Of a stretch of DNA of 64,000 nt, positions 47,173 to 58,053 are shown piece by piece. Origin of the DNA: an uncultured Candidatus Rokubacteria bacterium (GTDB taxonomy: Bacteria; Methylomirabilota; Methylomirabilia; Rokubacteriales; CSP1-6). How positions within the stretch are numbered: the stretch's first letter is position 1; each line of letters opens with the position of its first letter. The translations under genes were made by a program, and so were the position numbers. The notes beneath the pieces were generated by a model, which worked only from the letters and a program-made list of their open reading frames with translations, was not told the DNA's origin and did no database searches. The stretch lies in contig CAVWFS010000007.1 in the NCBI GenBank assembly GCA_963754315.1, positions 32,001-96,000 of the forward strand, given 5' to 3'.

Positions 47173-48194
47173 AGGGCGACGACCAGCGCCGACAACTCGC
47201 CCCGGGGTTCCCCCCCTGACTTCAGCCGCGTCTCCGCGACCCAGCACCGGCGAAGCCCATTTGCCTCTGTGGCAGCCGATCGACCAGCGGCGGCATAGGC
47301 CTGCACGGCTGATAGCGGGCGTCGGAGCGTGCGGGCTATCTGCTCGAGACTCTGCCCGTGCGTGAGCCATTCTCGGATAGTCCACGCCGTCCTCACCTCC
47401 CGGGTGAGCATGGCGAGCACGAGCATCGGCTCCTCGGTCGCGAGCAGGGACTCGAGGGTCCGAAGGGCCAGACCCACATCTGAACGTTCCACAGCACGCG
47501 TGAGGTCGAACACCCCGCTCACCCGGTGCTCGCCAACGACAGCACTCACCTCCTTCACGCCCACCGTACGATTCTCGGGTCCGCCTGCCAGAGCGGCCTT
47601 GCGCGTCTCGCCGAGCAGCGCGGCGCCGTCGTCACCGACCCACTGCACGAGGAGCCGAGCGGCCTCCTCGCTCACCGTGATGCCCTCGACCGTAGCCCGC
47701 CGCCGTAGCCACTGTTCCAGTGCAGTCCCTTGCCGCGAGGGCAGGGCCACGATGGCACCGGCCGGCACCGCGCCGAGCAGCCAGTGATCCTTTCGGTCGC
47801 GCGTGGCCACGAGCGACTCGTCGGCCAGGAGCAGGAGGCAGGCAGTCGGGTTCGGGCGGGCACAATAGTCCACCAGCGCGTCGACCCCCTTGACGGCCAA
47901 CGCCTGGCAGTGGCGAACGGCCACGAGACGTCTGGGTGCCATGACGGGCATGACCATCGCTGACTGGACGGCGAGGCTGATCGTCACCTCGCGGCCGTCG
48001 AGGATCTCGCGATCGAAGATGGCGGCGTTTGGATCGGAACAGAGGCCCTGGGTCACGGCTGCCAGGGTGTCGTCGAGGAGCTGCACGTCATGGCCATGCA
48101 CGAGCGCTACCGGCGGCGGCTGGCCGTCGGTGGCCTGGCGAAACAGCCTGTCGAGATCGAGGGGCGAAATCCGCCCCGGGCCGGCCGTGCTCAG
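47160..48194 (-). CDS. holA: DNA polymerase III delta subunit; start uncertain, probably CTG
   Basis: ALVHGHDVQLLDD, MPVMAPRRLVAV, VFDLTRAV, ETRLKSG; canonical leuS-lptE-holA order. Confidence 0.88.
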   Translation of the reverse strand: MSTAGPGRISPLDLDRLFRQATDGQPPPVALVHGHDVQLLDDTLAAVTQGLCSDPNAAIFDREILDGREVTISLAVQSAMVMPVMAPRRLVAVRHCQALAVKGVDALVDYCARPNPTACLLLLADESLVATRDRKDHWLLGAVPAGAIVALPSRQGTALEQWLRRRATVEGITVSEEAARLLVQWVGDDGAALLGETRKAALAGGPENRTVGVKEVSAVVGEHRVSGVFDLTRAVERSDVGLALRTLESLLATEEPMLVLAMLTREVRTAWTIREWLTHGQSLEQIARTLRRPLSAVQAYAAAGRSAATEANGLRRCWVAETRLKSGGEPRGELSALVVALCGR

Positions 48195-48697
48195 AACGGG
48201 TCGACCGCGCGCGCCACGATGTCGCGGCCAATGATCTGGGCCACGGGGACGATGGCCGCGTCCTGGCGGGCGATCGTGTCGGCCACCACGGGCGCGGCCA
48301 GATAGTCGACGCGCTCCTGAAGCCCACGCTCTTCGAAGAGGATGACCCCTCGTCGCACGTCCCGGAAGCGAACGCTCACGGTGACGAAGAGGCGATACTG
48401 CTGGGGGTTGGCGTTGGAATCGAAGGCGAGCACGGTCACCTGGTAGTTGATGATCTCGCCCTCGAGGATGGCATCGGCCTCGGACGGGTTCACCACCTTG
48501 AGCCGTCCGTCGGTAGCGAACGCGTTGACCACTGCCGCCGTCATGGCCGCTTCGATGTTGGGCCACTGAGTCCGGTTGGCGAATACGGGGACCCCGACCG
48601 TCTTGATGTGCGGAGGAAGGCTGCCGCGCCAGGAGTAGCCGCAACCGGCGCTGAGGAGGAACAGAGCCATCACGCCGATGGCGCGGCGCCGCATCAT
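48191..48697 (-). CDS. lptE: LptE-family lipoprotein
   Basis: Lipobox LSAG-CGY, LPPHIKTVGVPVFANRT, ADAILEGEI; between leuS and holA. Confidence 0.88.
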   Translation of the reverse strand: MMRRRAIGVMALFLLSAGCGYSWRGSLPPHIKTVGVPVFANRTQWPNIEAAMTAAVVNAFATDGRLKVVNPSEADAILEGEIINYQVTVLAFDSNANPQQYRLFVTVSVRFRDVRRGVILFEERGLQERVDYLAAPVVADTIARQDAAIVPVAQIIGRDIVARAVDPF

Positions 48698-51214
48698 GCG
48701 CGAGTGACGACGTTGACGAGCCGGTTGGGCACCACGACCACGCGCTCCACGCGTCGTCCCCGGAGCCACGGTTGGACCTTCTCGTCGGCCAGGGCCTGTT
48801 CCTGCACGATCTCCTCACCGGCGTTCATGTCCACCACCAACCGGCCGCGAACCTTGCCGTCGACTTGGACGACCACGGTCACCGCTTGCTTGACGAGGGC
48901 AGCGGGGTCAGCCGTCGGCCAGGCGCGGGTGAACACGCTGTCCAGGTGCCCGAGCCGAGACCAGAGCTCCTCGGCGATGTGAGGACAGAAGGGACCAAGG
49001 AGCAGTGTCAACGTCTCGACCGCCTCCCGCAGCAGGCGCTCGCGTTCGGCCGGCGGCACTCCCGCCGCGGCGGTGGCCACCGGCTCGAAGGCATAGAGCG
49101 CGTTGGTCAGCTCCATGATGGCGCTGATGGCGGTGTTGAAGTGAAAGTCGTGATCGAGATCATCCGTCACACGAGCGATCGTCTCGTGAATGATCCGCCG
49201 GAACCCCCGCCCCGCTTCACTGAGATCGAGAGAGGGAGACCCTACGCCATTGCTTCCCCCGGGTGCTTGGGGATGGCTCCACGATCTCGTCTGCATGGCT
49301 GATCACGAAGCGCCATACGCGGTTCAGAAAGCGCGAGGCGCCTTCGACGCCACGGTCGTTCCAATCGAGATCCTTCTCGGGCGGGGCCGCAAAGAGCGAG
49401 AAGAGTCGTGCGGTGTCGGCGCCCAAGCTCCGGATGAGCTCGTCCGGGTCCACCACGTTTCCTTTGGACTTCGACATCTTGGCGCCGTCCTTGATGACCA
49501 TGCCCTGACTGAGCAGGGCCAGGAACGGCTCGTCCACCTTGACGAGCCCGAGGTCGCGCAGGACCTTGGTGTAGAAGCGCGCGTAGAGGAGGTGGAGGAC
49601 GGCGTGCTCGATGCCACCAATGTACTGGTCGACGGGCATCCAGTAGTCGGCGGCGGCGGGGTCCACCATATGGGCCCCGTAGTGTGGCGAACAGTAGCGG
49701 AGAAAGTACCACGAGGACTCCACGAAGGTGTCCATGGTGTCCGTATCCCGCCGGGCCCGCCCCCCGCAGCGGGGACACCTCGCATTCACGAAGCCCACCA
49801 CCTCGGCCAGCGGGGAGCCTCCCTTTCCGCTGATCTGGACGTCGCGCGGAAGGACGACAGGGAGATTCTCCTCCTTTTCGGGGACCATCCCGCAGGCAGC
49901 ACAGTACAGCACGGGGATCGGCGCGCCCCAGTAGCGTTGGCGGCTGATGCCCCAGTCTCGCAGGCGATAGTTGATCTTGCCGACGCCGAGGCCGTGCTCG
50001 ACGAGCCAGTCGATGGCGCGCCGCTTGGCCTCGGCCACGGTCAGACCGTCGAGGAAGCCGGAGTTGATCTTGATCCCGTCGCCCAGGTAGGCCTTGCCGG
50101 TCCAGCCCTCCGGGCGTCGCACCGTTTCGATGATCGGCAGTCCGTGCTGCTCGGCGAATTCCCAGTCCCGCTCGTCCTCGCCGGGCACGGCCATGATGGC
50201 GCCCGTCCCGTAGCCCATGAGGACGTAGTCGGCGATGAAGAGAGGGATGTCGGCGCCCGTGAAGGGGTTCACCGCGCGCGCGCTCAAGCGGAGGCCCCGC
50301 TTGGGGCGATCGACTGCCGTGCGCTCGATCTCGGACTGGCGGGCGACCTCTGCCCGGAAGACAGCCACGGCTGCCCGCTCGTCGTCCGTCGCCACGAGCT
50401 GGTCGACGAGCGGGTGCTCGGGGGCCAGCACCGCGTACGTCATGCCGAAGGCGGTGTCAGGCCGGGTAGTAAACACAGAAATGGTCAGCCCGGACCGCCC
50501 AGCGATTGGCAGGCCAAACTCCGCTCCTTCGCTGCGCCCGATCCAATTTCGCTGCATGGTGAGGACGCGCTCGGGCCAGCCCGGCAGCCGATCGCACCAG
50601 GCGAGCAGTTCCTCGGCGTAGGCGGTGATCTTGAAGAACCACCCCTCGAGATCGCGTGGCGTGACCTCGGAGTCACAGCGCCAGCACCGCCCGTCTTCCA
50701 CCTGCTCGTTGGCGAGCACCGTCTGGCAGGACGGGCACCAGTTCACCGTCGAGCGCTTGCGATAGGCGAGACCGCGCTCCAGCATCTTGATGAAGATGAG
50801 CTGTTCCCACCGGTAGTACTCCGGATCACAGGTGGTCACCTCGCGATCCCAGTCGTAGGAGATTCCCATCTTCCTGAGCTGGGCGCGCATGTTGTCGATG
50901 TTCTCGTACGTCCAGATGGCGGGGTGCACGCCGTTCTCGATGGCGGCGTTCTCGGCGGGGAGTCCGAAGGCATCCCATCCCATCGGATGCAGCACGTTGA
51001 AGCCGCGCATCCATTTGTACCGGGCCAGCAGGTCCCCGATCGCATACACGCGCACGTGCCCCATATGGATGCGGCCGGAGGGGTACGGGAACATCTCGAG
51101 GCAATAGAATTTCGGGCGCGCGGGGTCCTCCGTCACCCGAAACTGGCGGCGCGCTTCCCAGATGCGCTGCCACTTCGCCTCGATCTCCTGAAAGGGATAA
51201 CGGTCGCTCGACAT
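48694..51214 (-). CDS. leuS: Leucyl-tRNA synthetase; frameshift near 49256-49272
   Basis: [39 protein letters not shown]. The C-terminal part ([32 protein letters not shown]) is in another frame. Confidence 0.96.
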
Positions 51215-51251
51215 GACCTTTCGATTTGTACTCTATCGGTGGAACGGAGGC

Positions 51252-51315
51252 AAGAAACGGGCGGGCGGCCGGGGCGAGGGCTGCGAGCCGACGCCGTACC
51301 GCCCCGGCCGAGCCC
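51252..51315 (-). terminator. Possible intrinsic terminator after the HNH-uvrBC-small protein run
   Basis: 11-bp GC stem CGGCCGGGGCG/CGCCCCGGCCG followed by GTTTCTT on the minus strand; the loop is large (23 nt). Confidence 0.4.
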
Positions 51316-51317
51316 TT

Positions 51318-51572
51318 CTACTTCTTCACACCCAGGAGCATGAGGGCCTCGTCGGCTGTCTTCACCGACTCGGTGTGCTTGCCGCCGTCGTGCAGCTTCT
51401 GCGCCTCGTCCAGCTTGGCCAATGCTTGCTTCACTTTCGGATCGTCGGCCTTCATCTTGGCGGCCGCCTCCCGCCCCTGCTTGATGAGGACCGGGCAGTT
51501 GGAGGCCACGGCAGGACCGGCCGCGAAGGCCAGACCCGCCGCGAAGGCGGTCATGGCGATAAGCTTTTTCAT
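51318..51572 (-). CDS. Small exported helical protein (CP...LH..G.H motif)
   Basis: Signal peptide [37 protein letters not shown] overlap with the uvrC stop. Confidence 0.8.
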   Translation of the reverse strand: MKKLIAMTAFAAGLAFAAGPAVASNCPVLIKQGREAAAKMKADDPKVKQALAKLDEAQKLHDGGKHTESVKTADEALMLLGVKK

Positions 51573-53452
51573 TCGTCGTTCACCTCCCCTCCCGCAGCGA
51601 CATGAACTACACCCGTATCGGGCAAACGGTCGGACGGTTCTGAGGGTTCCGGCGGGTGAAAGTACTCGTGCAGGCGCTGGGCCAGCTTTGGCGTAACCTT
51701 CGGGACCGACGCCAGCTCAGCCACCGACGCTTCGCGAACACGCCGGGCCGAGCCGAGGGTCTTGAGCAGGCTCGTGCGAATGGCGGGGCCCACGCCCGGA
51801 ATGGTATCGAGCACCGACTGGATTGTCCGCTTCGCGCGTAGGGTCTTGTGGTAGGTGATGGCGAAGCGGTGCGCCTCGTCGCGGATCTTCTGCAGAGCCT
51901 GGAGTCCCGGTGAGGTCGGATCCAGGACGAGGGGATGCAGGCTGTCGGGGCGATAGACTTCCTCTTCCTGCTTGGCGAGCGCGATCACCGGGAGATAGTC
52001 GAGCCCGAGCTCCTGCAGCACGCGCACGCCGACGTTGAGCTGTCCGCGGCCTCCGTCGATGAGCACGAGATCCGGGAGGGTGTTGCCTTCCTGGAGGGCG
52101 CGGGCAAAACGGCGCTGCAGAACCTCGCGCAAGGAGGCGAAGTCGTCGGCGCCCGCGACCGTCTTGATCCGAAATCGCTTGTAGTCGTCCTTCTTCATGC
52201 TGCCGTTCTCCCAGACCACCATGGAACCGACCTGCTCCGTGCCCTGGGTATTGGAGATGTCGTAGCCCTCGATGCGGTTGGGGACCTCGTTCAGAGCCAG
52301 CACACGCTGGAGCTCCTCCAAGATAACCTGCTGCCGATTGCCGCGGGCCAGCAGATGGTTCTGCAGGGCGATGGCGGCATTCGCCTCGGCCATGGCCACG
52401 AACTCCCGCTTGCCTCCCCGCTGTGGCGTGTGCAGTTGCACCCGTCGCCGGGCCAGGGCGGACAGCCATTCCTCGATCAGCGGGGCCTCGGGCACGTCCT
52501 CAGAGACCAGGATCTCCGGGGCGGGGATCACGTTCTTCGAGTAGAACTGTCGCAGGAAGGCCGAGAGGATCTCCCCTTCCCCCGTTCCGGCGAGACGGTC
52601 GAAGAAGAAGGCCTCTTGGCCGACCAATCGACCTCGCCGGACGAAGAAGAGCTCCACGCAGGCGTCGGCGCCCTGCCGGACCAGACCGACGACGTCCTGG
52701 TCGACCTCGACCGTGGAGATCATCTTCTGCCGTTCTCGCACGCGATTGAGAGCCTGGATCCGGTCGCGCAGCATGGCCGCCCGCTCGAAGTTCAAGGCGG
52801 CGGCGGCGCCTTCCATCTCCTGGGTGAGGGTTGTCGCGAGAGAGTCGTGCTTGCCCTCCAGGAACCGTTGCACATCGGCGATCGTGCGGGCGTACCCCTC
52901 GCGGGTCTCCCACCCTGTGCAGGGGGCGTGGCAACGACCGATATGATACTGGATGCACGGCCGCTCGAGACGTCCGTCAATCTCGATGGAACAGGTTCGG
53001 AGGGCAAAGAGCTGACGGGTCAAACGCAAGGTTTCCCGCATGGCGGTGGCCGGATAGTAGGGACCGTAGTAGGTGGCCCCGTCGCTGGCCACACGGCGGG
53101 CAACCAGGAGGCGCGGGAACGGCTCGTTGGTGGTCAGCTTGAGGAACGGATAGTGCTTGTCGTCGCGCAGGATGATGTTGTAGCGAGGCCGGTGCTTGCG
53201 AACGAAGGTGGCCTCCAGCATCAGCGCCTCGAGCTCGTTGTCGGTCACGACGTACTCGAGGTCGCGGATCTGCCGGACGAGGGCGTCCGTCTTGGGATCG
53301 CGCGGGCGCGCCTCCTGGAAATAGGAACGGACCCGCGAGCGCAGCGAGGCGGCCTTGCCCACGTAGATCACCTGGACCTTGGCATCCTTGAACAGATAGA
53401 CACCCGGTCGCTCGGGAAGACGCTCGAGCTTGATGTCCAGCGGCTCGTTCAT
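51569..53452 (-). CDS. uvrC: Excinuclease ABC subunit C
   Basis: [48 protein letters not shown], HhH. Confidence 0.98.
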   Translation of the reverse strand: MNEPLDIKLERLPERPGVYLFKDAKVQVIYVGKAASLRSRVRSYFQEARPRDPKTDALVRQIRDLEYVVTDNELEALMLEATFVRKHRPRYNIILRDDKHYPFLKLTTNEPFPRLLVARRVASDGATYYGPYYPATAMRETLRLTRQLFALRTCSIEIDGRLERPCIQYHIGRCHAPCTGWETREGYARTIADVQRFLEGKHDSLATTLTQEMEGAAAALNFERAAMLRDRIQALNRVRERQKMISTVEVDQDVVGLVRQGADACVELFFVRRGRLVGQEAFFFDRLAGTGEGEILSAFLRQFYSKNVIPAPEILVSEDVPEAPLIEEWLSALARRRVQLHTPQRGGKREFVAMAEANAAIALQNHLLARGNRQQVILEELQRVLALNEVPNRIEGYDISNTQGTEQVGSMVVWENGSMKKDDYKRFRIKTVAGADDFASLREVLQRRFARALQEGNTLPDLVLIDGGRGQLNVGVRVLQELGLDYLPVIALAKQEEEVYRPDSLHPLVLDPTSPGLQALQKIRDEAHRFAITYHKTLRAKRTIQSVLDTIPGVGPAIRTSLLKTLGSARRVREASVAELASVPKVTPKLAQRLHEYFHPPEPSEPSDRLPDTGVVHVAAGGEVNDE

Positions 53453-55425
53453 AGATGGCGCCGGCGCAGGGCCCGCACTCGGTCGCGCAGATCGGCGGCC
53501 TGCTCGAAGTCCAGCCGGCGGGCGGCATCCTTCATCTGGTTCTCGAGCTCTTCGATGCGCTTGGCCAGCTCGTCGGCGGAGAGGACCGTCTCCGGCGTCT
53601 CCTGCACCTGCACCGTATAGTAGTCCCGCTCATAGATGCTCTGCAGCACCTCGTGGATCGAGCGCTGGACGGACTCTGGGGTGATCCCGTGCTCGGCATT
53701 GTAGGCAGCCTGCCGCTCGCGGCGCCGGTCGGTTTCCCGGATGGCCGCGGCCATGGACGCGGTCACCCGGTCGGCGTACATGATGACCTCTCCCCCCACG
53801 TGCCGGGCCGCCCGGCCCGCCGTCTGGATGAGCGAGGTGCCGGAGCGCAGGTAGCCCTCTTTGTCGGCGTCCAGGATGGCCACCAAGGATACCTCGGGGA
53901 TGTCGAGCCCCTCCCGGAGCAGGTTGATCCCGACCAGGCAGTCGAACTTGCCGAGGCGTAGATCGCGAATGAGGGCCGTGCGATCCAAAGTGTCGATGTC
54001 CGAGTGCAGGTAGCGCACCCGGACACCGGCCTGCTGGTAGTACTCGGTGAGATCCTCGGCCATGCGCTTGGTGAGGGTGGTCACCAGCACCCGCTCCTCG
54101 CGCTCGGCGCGGGCCCGGATCTCGTGCAGAAGGTCGTCGACTTGGTCACGCGCGGGCCGCACGCTCATGGCGGGATCCATGAGCCCCGTGGGCCGGATCA
54201 CCTGGTCCACCACGGCGTGCTGAGCCTGCTCCAGCTCGTAGACGTCCGGGGTGGCCGAGACGTAGACACTTTGGCTGACGCGCGCGGTGAACTCGTCGAA
54301 TGTCAGCGGGCGGTTGTCGAAGGCTGACGGCAACCGAAAGCCGTATTCGACCAGAGTCTCCTTGCGGGACCGGTCACCGTGATACATCCCGCGCAGCTGG
54401 GGGACGGCCACGTGACTCTCGTCGATGATGACGAGGGCATCAGGCGGAAGGTAATCAATGAGCGTGGGAGGGGGATGTCCAGGGCGATGGCCGGTCAGGT
54501 GCCGGGAGTAGTTCTCGATCCCGTGGCAGAAGCCGAGCTCCCGTAGCATCTCCATGTCGAAGATGGTGCGCTGCTCGAGCCGCTGGGCCTCCAGCAGCCG
54601 CTGGCGGCTCCGCAGAAAGGTCAGCCGCTCGCCCAGCTCCTCCTGGATGGTCGTGAGCGCGTGCTCGATCTGGGAGGCTGGCGTCACGTAGTGGCTGGCC
54701 GGGTACACGCTCAGGTGATCGACGCGTTCGAGGAGAATGCCCTTCAGGGGATCGACTCGGTGCAGCGCTTCCACCACGTCGCCGAACAGCTCGATGCGCA
54801 GGGCGCTGGCCTCTTCGTTGGCGGGAAACACTTCCACCACGTCGCCTCGCACTCGAAAGGTGCCCCGGTGGAAGTCGTAGTCGTTGCGTTCGTACTGCAT
54901 GGCCACCAGGCGGCGGATGATCTCGTCGCGATCGACCCGGTCGCCCTCACCCAGTGCCAGATGCATACCCTCATAGGTGTCGGGGGCGCCGATGCCGTAG
55001 ATGCACGATACCGAAGCCACCACCACCACGTCACGGCGCTGCATGAGCGAGGTGGTGGCCGAATGCCGCATACGGTCGATCTCGTCGTTGACGAGGGCAT
55101 CCTTCTCGATGTACGTGTCCGACTGCGGAATGTACGCCTCAGGCTGGTAGTAGTCGTAATACGACACGAAGTACTCGACGGCATTGCGGGGAAAGAAGGA
55201 TCGGAACTCGCCGTAGAGCTGAGCGGCCAAGGTCTTGTTGGGCGAGATCACCAGGGACGGACGCTGGATGTTGGCGATCACGTTGGCCATCGTGTAGGTC
55301 TTACCCGACCCGGTCACCCCGCGCAGCACCAGATGCCGGCGTCCCGCCCGCACGGCCGCCGTCAGGGCCTCGATGGCCTGCGGCTGGTCGCCGCGCGGCT
55401 GATACTCCGACACCAGCTCGAACAT
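53449..55425 (-). CDS. uvrB: Excinuclease ABC subunit B
   Basis: [42 protein letters not shown] domain. Confidence 0.98.
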   Translation of the reverse strand: MFELVSEYQPRGDQPQAIEALTAAVRAGRRHLVLRGVTGSGKTYTMANVIANIQRPSLVISPNKTLAAQLYGEFRSFFPRNAVEYFVSYYDYYQPEAYIPQSDTYIEKDALVNDEIDRMRHSATTSLMQRRDVVVVASVSCIYGIGAPDTYEGMHLALGEGDRVDRDEIIRRLVAMQYERNDYDFHRGTFRVRGDVVEVFPANEEASALRIELFGDVVEALHRVDPLKGILLERVDHLSVYPASHYVTPASQIEHALTTIQEELGERLTFLRSRQRLLEAQRLEQRTIFDMEMLRELGFCHGIENYSRHLTGHRPGHPPPTLIDYLPPDALVIIDESHVAVPQLRGMYHGDRSRKETLVEYGFRLPSAFDNRPLTFDEFTARVSQSVYVSATPDVYELEQAQHAVVDQVIRPTGLMDPAMSVRPARDQVDDLLHEIRARAEREERVLVTTLTKRMAEDLTEYYQQAGVRVRYLHSDIDTLDRTALIRDLRLGKFDCLVGINLLREGLDIPEVSLVAILDADKEGYLRSGTSLIQTAGRAARHVGGEVIMYADRVTASMAAAIRETDRRRERQAAYNAEHGITPESVQRSIHEVLQSIYERDYYTVQVQETPETVLSADELAKRIEELENQMKDAARRLDFEQAADLRDRVRALRRRHL

Positions 55426-55450
55426 GAGAACCGGGCGGCCGCTCTGCCCC

Positions 55451-55975
55451 TCAGCTGGGGACGCTGACCAGGTATTTCCGCCAGGAATCGATCAGCGAAT
55501 GCGCAAAGGGGTGACGGAGAAGGTGGGTTGAAAAGAGGAACTTCGGATGCACGGGCTCGCGCAGAAGCCGCATACCGACTTCCTCCGGCAAGCGATTGCC
55601 CTTCTTGAGATTACAGCGCAGGCAGGCGGCTACCACGTTCGTCCAGGCTGTCTCCCCCCCCCGGGACCGCGGGACGATATGATCGACGGTGAGGCGCTCG
55701 CCCCGACGCGTGCAGTACTGGCACGTGTAGCTGTCCCGCCGCAGGATGTTCTTCTTGTTGAAGGCGACCCGATCGAGGAAGGGCTTGCGAATGTAGACGG
55801 CCAACCGGATCACGGCGGGGAGCGCCAGCACCAGGGAGGGTGACCGGATCACCCGGGGCGAGGCTTCCACCGGTTCCGCCTTGCCACTGAGCAACAGGGA
55901 GATCGCGCGACGGGCATTGGTGAATTGCAAGGGCTCGAAGGTGTTGTTCAGGACCAGGACGGCGATCTCGTCCAT
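55451..55975 (-). CDS. HNH endonuclease (McrA-like, Zn-binding)
   Basis: [32 protein letters not shown]...[14 protein letters not shown]. Confidence 0.92.
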   Translation of the reverse strand: MDEIAVLVLNNTFEPLQFTNARRAISLLLSGKAEPVEASPRVIRSPSLVLALPAVIRLAVYIRKPFLDRVAFNKKNILRRDSYTCQYCTRRGERLTVDHIVPRSRGGETAWTNVVAACLRCNLKKGNRLPEEVGMRLLREPVHPKFLFSTHLLRHPFAHSLIDSWRKYLVSVPS

Positions 55976-55982
55976 TCGACCC

Positions 55983-56012
55983 AGAATAGTCGGCCCTCGA
56001 GGGGAGTGTCAA
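55983..56012 (-). promoter_or_regulatory. sigma70-type promoter of HNH-uvrB-uvrC (probably leaderless)
   Basis: Minus strand TTGACA-18nt-TATTCT; ATG 7 nt after the -10; no SD. Confidence 0.65.
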
Positions 56013-56080
56013 ATCTGCTACACCACTCGGCACGCCCCGCCCGCTCGGCAGGGCGTGCCCAGACGCACGCGGGGCCCGAG

Positions 56081-56479
56081 TTACTTCTTGAGCGTGCGGA
56101 TGAAGTTCACGATCTCCCAGCGCTCCTTGTCCGGCAGATGCTTCCAAGGTGGCATGGCGCCTCGCCCATTGGAGATCTTCCAGAAGAGCTCACCATCGCT
56201 CTCCGCTTGGACCTTGGCCGATGTCCAATCCGCCGGCTTGGGCGGAGGAAGAGCCGCCGCCGCCGGGCCGTCACCCTTTCCGGAGGCGCCGTGACACGAG
56301 ACGCAATTGGTCTCGATGGCCTTCTTCGCGTTCCCTACGCCCTTCACGGGGTTCTTTACCGCCTTGGCGTCAGCGGGAGCACGCCACTCCCCTTGTGCCG
56401 ACACACCACCGACTGTGACACCGACCCCAAACGCCATCGAAGCGGCCGCCACGACGACTGCCCTGACACGCGCGCCCAT
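56081..56479 (-). CDS. Monoheme cytochrome c (periplasmic)
   Basis: Signal peptide, CVSCHG heme motif, GAMPPW axial Met; GAGGAG RBS. Confidence 0.93.
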   Translation of the reverse strand: MGARVRAVVVAAASMAFGVGVTVGGVSAQGEWRAPADAKAVKNPVKGVGNAKKAIETNCVSCHGASGKGDGPAAAALPPPKPADWTSAKVQAESDGELFWKISNGRGAMPPWKHLPDKERWEIVNFIRTLKK

Positions 56480-56502
56480 TGAATCTCCTCTTCGCTGAGT
56501 GA

Positions 56503-56520
56503 TCGTGATGAAATTCACAA
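56503..56520. promoter_or_regulatory. Rex-like (or CRP/FNR-family) operator at the cytochrome c promoter
   Basis: Minus strand TTGTGAA-TTTC-ATCACGA versus Rex consensus TTGTGAA-N4-TTCACAA; 3 nt downstream of extended -10 TGgTACAAT (56532-56524). Confidence 0.6.
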
Positions 56521-56633
56521 TGAATTGTACCATCTATATCGGGAGCGGGGTCAAGCCGCCCCTCAGTGCGGTAATCCTCGGACCTCCCCCGGGGTTCCTT
56601 GAATGGGGACTGGTCCCGTCCCACTCCCACGGC

Positions 56634-58049
56634 TCAGCGCCCTAGCGCCCGAAGCATGTCATCGGTCCGCGTGAACTTCAGACGGGGACGCCCGAGGGCG
56701 CGGCCCCGCTCGACCTCGATCGCATTCAACCGTTGCCAGTCCGGGTAGGAGACGTACTTCGGCTGGCGATCACGCAGCATCTGCTCCGCTTCCGCCGCCG
56801 AGGCACGAGGCGCGGGCAGGTACAGATCGTGGGCGAGATCTTCCAGCATGCAGGCCACGGTTTCCGCCGCGTCCGGCTTGTTGGTGCCAATGACGCCGGT
56901 GGGGCCACGCTTGATCCAGCCGCCAGCGTATTCGCCCGGTGTCGGCTTCTTGGAATCGGGGTCGAGAACGCGCCCCTTCTCGTTGAGGATGACGCTCCAG
57001 CTCTCGTTGAAGGGAACCCCCGGCAAGGGGACCCCCCGATAGCCTACGGAACGGAAGACGAGCCCTACCGCCAGCTGCTCGAACTGATCGGTGGCCTCGG
57101 CTTGAACGGTCCCGGTGGCGGTGGCATACAGGCAATTTCTCACCAAGCGCAGCGCGACCACCTCTCCCGCCGCATTGCCGGTGATCTCCACGGGCGAGAC
57201 CAGAAAGCGGATGACGAGGCGGCGGGTCTTCCCGCGCAGTGCCCGAGTCGAGTAGCTCTGGAGAATCTCGACCTTCTTGAAGCCGGCCCGATCCTGGCTT
57301 CGCTCGAGCGCCCTCCGGCTCAGCTCGTCGATCGCGACCTCTTCGGGCAGGGTGATGATATCGGCGTCGGCGAGCTCACCCAGTTCCTTGATCTCTGGGT
57401 TCGTAAAGGCGGCTTGGGCGGGGCCGCGTCGACCAAGCAAATATACCTCGCGGATGCGGCTCTTGCGCAGGGCCTCGAGCGCGTAGTCGGCGATGTCGGT
57501 CTTCTCGAGTTCCTCGGTGGAGCGGCAGAGGATACGGGCCACGTCGATGGCGACGTTGCCCACTCCGACCACGGCCGCCCGCTCCTGCGAGAGGTCGAAT
57601 TGGCAGTCGCTGAATTCGGGATGGCCGTTGTACCAGGCCACAAATTCGGTGGCCGGGTAGCTCCGCTGCAGGTCCTCCCCGGGGATGCCCATGCGGCGGT
57701 CCGTCTGCGCACCGGTGGCGTAGAAGATCTGGTGATAGTGCTGGCGCAGATCGTCGACGGTGACGTGCTTTCCGAGCTCGACACAACCGAAGAACCGGAA
57801 ACCGGGTAGCCCGGCGACCTTGTCGAAGGCGGCTGTGACCGCCTTGATCTTCTGGTGGTCGGGGGCGACGCCACCGCGGACCAGGCCGAAGGGCGTGGGC
57901 AAGCGGTCGAGCATGTCCACCTCGACGACCAGATCAGGCTGACGCAGCAGCTGGTCAGCGGCATAAAACCCGGTGGGTCCGGCGCCGACGATGGCAACTC
58001 TCAGCGGTTGCTCCCGGGTGCCCGGCCGGCTCATCGACGCCAGACCCAC
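56634..58049 (-). CDS. Ferredoxin-NADP+ reductase (FprA/adrenodoxin-reductase type); alternative ATG at 58034
   Basis: VAIVGAGPTG, PFGLVRGGVAPDH, FVAWYNGHP, GVGNVAIDVAR, GRRGPAQAAFT, GWIKRGPTGVIGTNK. Confidence 0.93.
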   Translation of the reverse strand: MGLASMSRPGTREQPLRVAIVGAGPTGFYAADQLLRQPDLVVEVDMLDRLPTPFGLVRGGVAPDHQKIKAVTAAFDKVAGLPGFRFFGCVELGKHVTVDDLRQHYHQIFYATGAQTDRRMGIPGEDLQRSYPATEFVAWYNGHPEFSDCQFDLSQERAAVVGVGNVAIDVARILCRSTEELEKTDIADYALEALRKSRIREVYLLGRRGPAQAAFTNPEIKELGELADADIITLPEEVAIDELSRRALERSQDRAGFKKVEILQSYSTRALRGKTRRLVIRFLVSPVEITGNAAGEVVALRLVRNCLYATATGTVQAEATDQFEQLAVGLVFRSVGYRGVPLPGVPFNESWSVILNEKGRVLDPDSKKPTPGEYAGGWIKRGPTGVIGTNKPDAAETVACMLEDLAHDLYLPAPRASAAEAEQMLRDRQPKYVSYPDWQRLNAIEVERGRALGRPRLKFTRTDDMLRALGR

Positions 58050-58053
58050 CCCC

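Noticed and set aside
48694..51214. Naturally split (alpha/beta) LeuRS as in Aquifex
   Set aside because: The break lies after KMSKS beside C and G runs, the second part has no convincing RBS or start, and five other frameshifts occur in the window.
49190..53620. Long antisense ORFs (49190-51343, 51935-53620; also 23086-24774)
   Set aside because: They are shadow frames of high-GC housekeeping genes and show no protein motifs.
55451..55975. HNH gene as a mobile element or Cas9/IscB-like effector
   Set aside because: It is only 174 aa, has no RuvC motifs, and has no flanking repeats or room for a guide RNA.
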